In this document: positions 33,561 through 35,712 of the stretch, one piece after another | Numbering within the stretch: position 1 is the stretch's first letter | Layout: the number at the start of each line of letters is the position of its first letter | NCBI GenBank assembly: GCA_000320545.1 | Contig: ADNK01000649.1 | Span: 1-35,712 of the forward strand | Direction of reading: 5' to 3' | Origin: Bigelowiella natans CCMP2755 | Taxonomy: Eukaryota; Protista; Cercozoa | DNA: 35,712 nt | The notes under the pieces: model-generated | Databases searched by the model: none | The model's input: only the letters and a program-made list of their open reading frames with translations | What the model was told of the DNA's origin: nothing | Program-made: the position numbers and the translations under genes

Positions 33561-35712
33561 GTGTGTGTGGGTGTAATATAACGGTAGTTTACCAAGAGAA
33601 TTCAGCCATTGCGTGACCCAGAAATTTGGTATTTTAGGTGGCGGAACAGGAGCAACCACGATCCTCTTCACCTCTACGAGATCCTGCAAACCGCAAAGTG
33701 ACGAGGGAGGGTAGCGACGACAAAAAAACATGAACGACTCCGACTCAGAATGCTAAAGAAATTGCACAAAGACTGGAAGCGCCAATGTTCGAAATAGCTG
33801 CTGAGGCGCGTCACCGGATATAACAATGGCACGCCGCTCGCAAGGCATCGTCGTCGTCATCATGCCACACATCTCGCACACCAGACCAAAGAACCTTTCT
33901 CGCATTGTCGAGAGCGGCCTGCATGTCGTCCGCATACTTTTTGAGATGTGCATTGATCTGGGGAGAGAGGGGGAGGGAAGGAAGGGAAGGGGCATCCACT
34001 ATCACTCTCCGTTCTTCTCACGACTAATGTCGCGGCGCGGCAAAAACAGTAAAACCCGCCATCCGGATATGGCGAGGGGGGTTGGAAAAACACACACTTT
34101 CACTGGTGGGGGCCCCATTCTATTTACCCATAGGACAAAAACGACACTACCCTTGATGGTGTGTTGTTCTCACAGACTCCCTGTCCCAAAGTACATCAAG
34201 AATGGCAATCATCGTGTAGACCTCCCCACCCCAACCCCCACCTGAATCCGGCTGGCAAGGCCGCGCCCCATCTCGTCGGTGATGCTCATCTGAGAGGTGC
34301 GGTTGGGAGATAAAAGGCACGGTGGGTAAGCTGGCGGTGGCAGCACAAAAGCAGACATGGTCATGTCTGCAGAGCAGATCGTTAGCACGGTCGCCAAGAT
34401 GAGAACGATCCCTTTTCAGATGCCTCCCCGAGGAGGCATTTCACGTCACGACGATCTCGGGGTATTTAAAAAAGAAAAAAAATCAAAAGAAAACCCTCTC
34501 TGCATAGCTCACCGCGAAGTCGAAGGCCGTGTGGAAGTTTCCTGGGAAAGCTTGGAGGAATCGATTCACCACGCGACGACGGTCAAGACACTGATGACGG
34601 AAATATAGCCGGATTAGCAAAATTAGGGGTGGGAGGTTGGGGGGAGGGAACGGGGAAGGAAACTGCAGATTCGAGGGTGAAAAGTTAAAACAGAAACAGC
34701 AACCAGGGAGAGAATACGAGAAGAAAGTGAAATGCTCGTCATCGCGAAGATTCTTGGTGTTTAAGTGTTTCATACTAGAGCGTGTGCATTTGCATGTGCT
34801 TGGTTAGTGAAGAAATTGTGACATAATACGACGAATATCGGTTATGTTTGTGCGCGGAATGGCGTTCACGCATCGCCCCCAATCAACGCAAGCAGATAAC
34901 CAACCTGCATGCCCGCAACGATGTTTGCATCCTCTGGCTTGTTTGCGATCAAAGTTTGAATCTGCTTCTGTGAAATTCAGGTGGTATGGGGCGGGGGCAG
35001 TGATGGAATGGAAGTCAGTCGCGAAAGGCTCCACATAATTCTCTTGTAAAAATGGCCCCTCACAACTTACGCACCAGGGCAGGGCCTCTGATTCCAAATT
35101 CCTGCAGATTTCCTTGGTTTAGCTTCACTATATCAGCCGCCAGCTTCACGTCTATTGCAATGCGGTGGATCGGGTACGGATGAGAGAAGAGACACGAAGG
35201 GGGGGGGGGGGCTAGAGGGGTGTTGCCTGGTGAAATGCGAAGGAAATCTTATGAAATAGCCCATACGACACAACGTTCGCAGTAGCGTGGGTCACGCACC
35301 CCCCCCCACTATAACCCGGCACCCACCATCATGCATGTTATGATCCCCCCCCCTCTCCCTCCCTCCCTCCCTCCCTCCTACTTCAACTGACTATTGGCAA
35401 CATGCTATGCGTGATGTCGGGGGGGGGGGAGGTCACTGTGAATATGATTGAAGATGCTTTAGATATGCTCGAGGAGGATGAGGAGGAAGATGGGGGGGGA
35501 TCGTGGGGTGCATGCTGGTCGCTGCGCGTTACTAGTCACACCCATGTTTAATTAGGTTGAGAAACTCGGAAGATGGTGATAGTGATGATGACAGTAGTAG
35601 CGCAACTGTGCTGGTACAACTGCTGTGCTGCCTTACTGAATATATCATTGTTTGTCGAAGAGAGCATCACCATATGTAGACATCACTGCTACTACTACTA
35701 CTACTACTACTA
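32859..35712 (-). CDS. Partial gene (5' end probably beyond the window): helical region plus C-terminal SAM domain, ending in -AKL
   Basis: Spliced exons read ...VKLAADIVKLTKEICRNLESEALPWC|KQIQTLIANKPEDANIVAGMQ|...|CLDRRRVVNRFLQAFPGNFHTAFDFA|MSITDEMGRGLASRIQ|INAHLKKYADDMQAALDNARK|...WVTQWLNSLGLKHLSMHFIGQ...LEVEELKKMGVRKVGDQRKIRREIKRLL (SAM consensus)|DGGDDGLKH...KAA|SVVTALLDSNKAKL*. Confidence 0.7.

Noticed and set aside
25-35038. Many ORFs with CVCVCV, YIYIYI, ERERER, SLSLSL, HTHTHT or poly-amino-acid runs
   Set aside because: They are translations of intronic microsatellites or antisense frames of real exons, not genes.
34804-35097. 97-aa minus-strand ORF read as a single exon
   Set aside because: A GTAAGT donor at 35070 and a CACAG acceptor near 34969 give a better spliced reading in another frame (KQIQTLIANKPED...).

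Overview
Eukaryotic nuclear DNA, intron-rich, with short GT-AG introns full of microsatellites. The bipartite-leader style, gene density and intron style suggest a chlorarachniophyte-like alga (Bigelowiella-like); this is an inference only. Most entries in the ORF track are splice- or microsatellite-derived artefacts. Manual exon stitching gives nine genes: (1) the 3' end of a hypothetical gene (+); (2) a ~10.4 kb gene (-) for a protein with about 20 ankyrin repeats and a signal/transit-like leader containing a ubiquitin-like FRLRGG motif; (3) pyridoxal kinase (+) with an unusual myristoylation plus hydrophobic-anchor N-terminus; (4) a bacterial-type ROK sugar kinase (-); (5) a DUF202 (YidH/VTC1-like) membrane protein (+); (6) an ER PDIA6/P5-like protein ending in KDEL with no visible CxxC (-); (7) a Ser/Pro/Arg-rich hypothetical protein (+); (8) a microbial-type PARG (DUF2263/TIGR02452) with only one intron (+); (9) a partial SAM-domain protein ending in AKL (-). 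Three consecutive head-to-head gene pairs share a candidate promoter motif. I saw no RNA genes, CRISPR arrays or transposons. Exon boundaries were read by eye and some are approximate.
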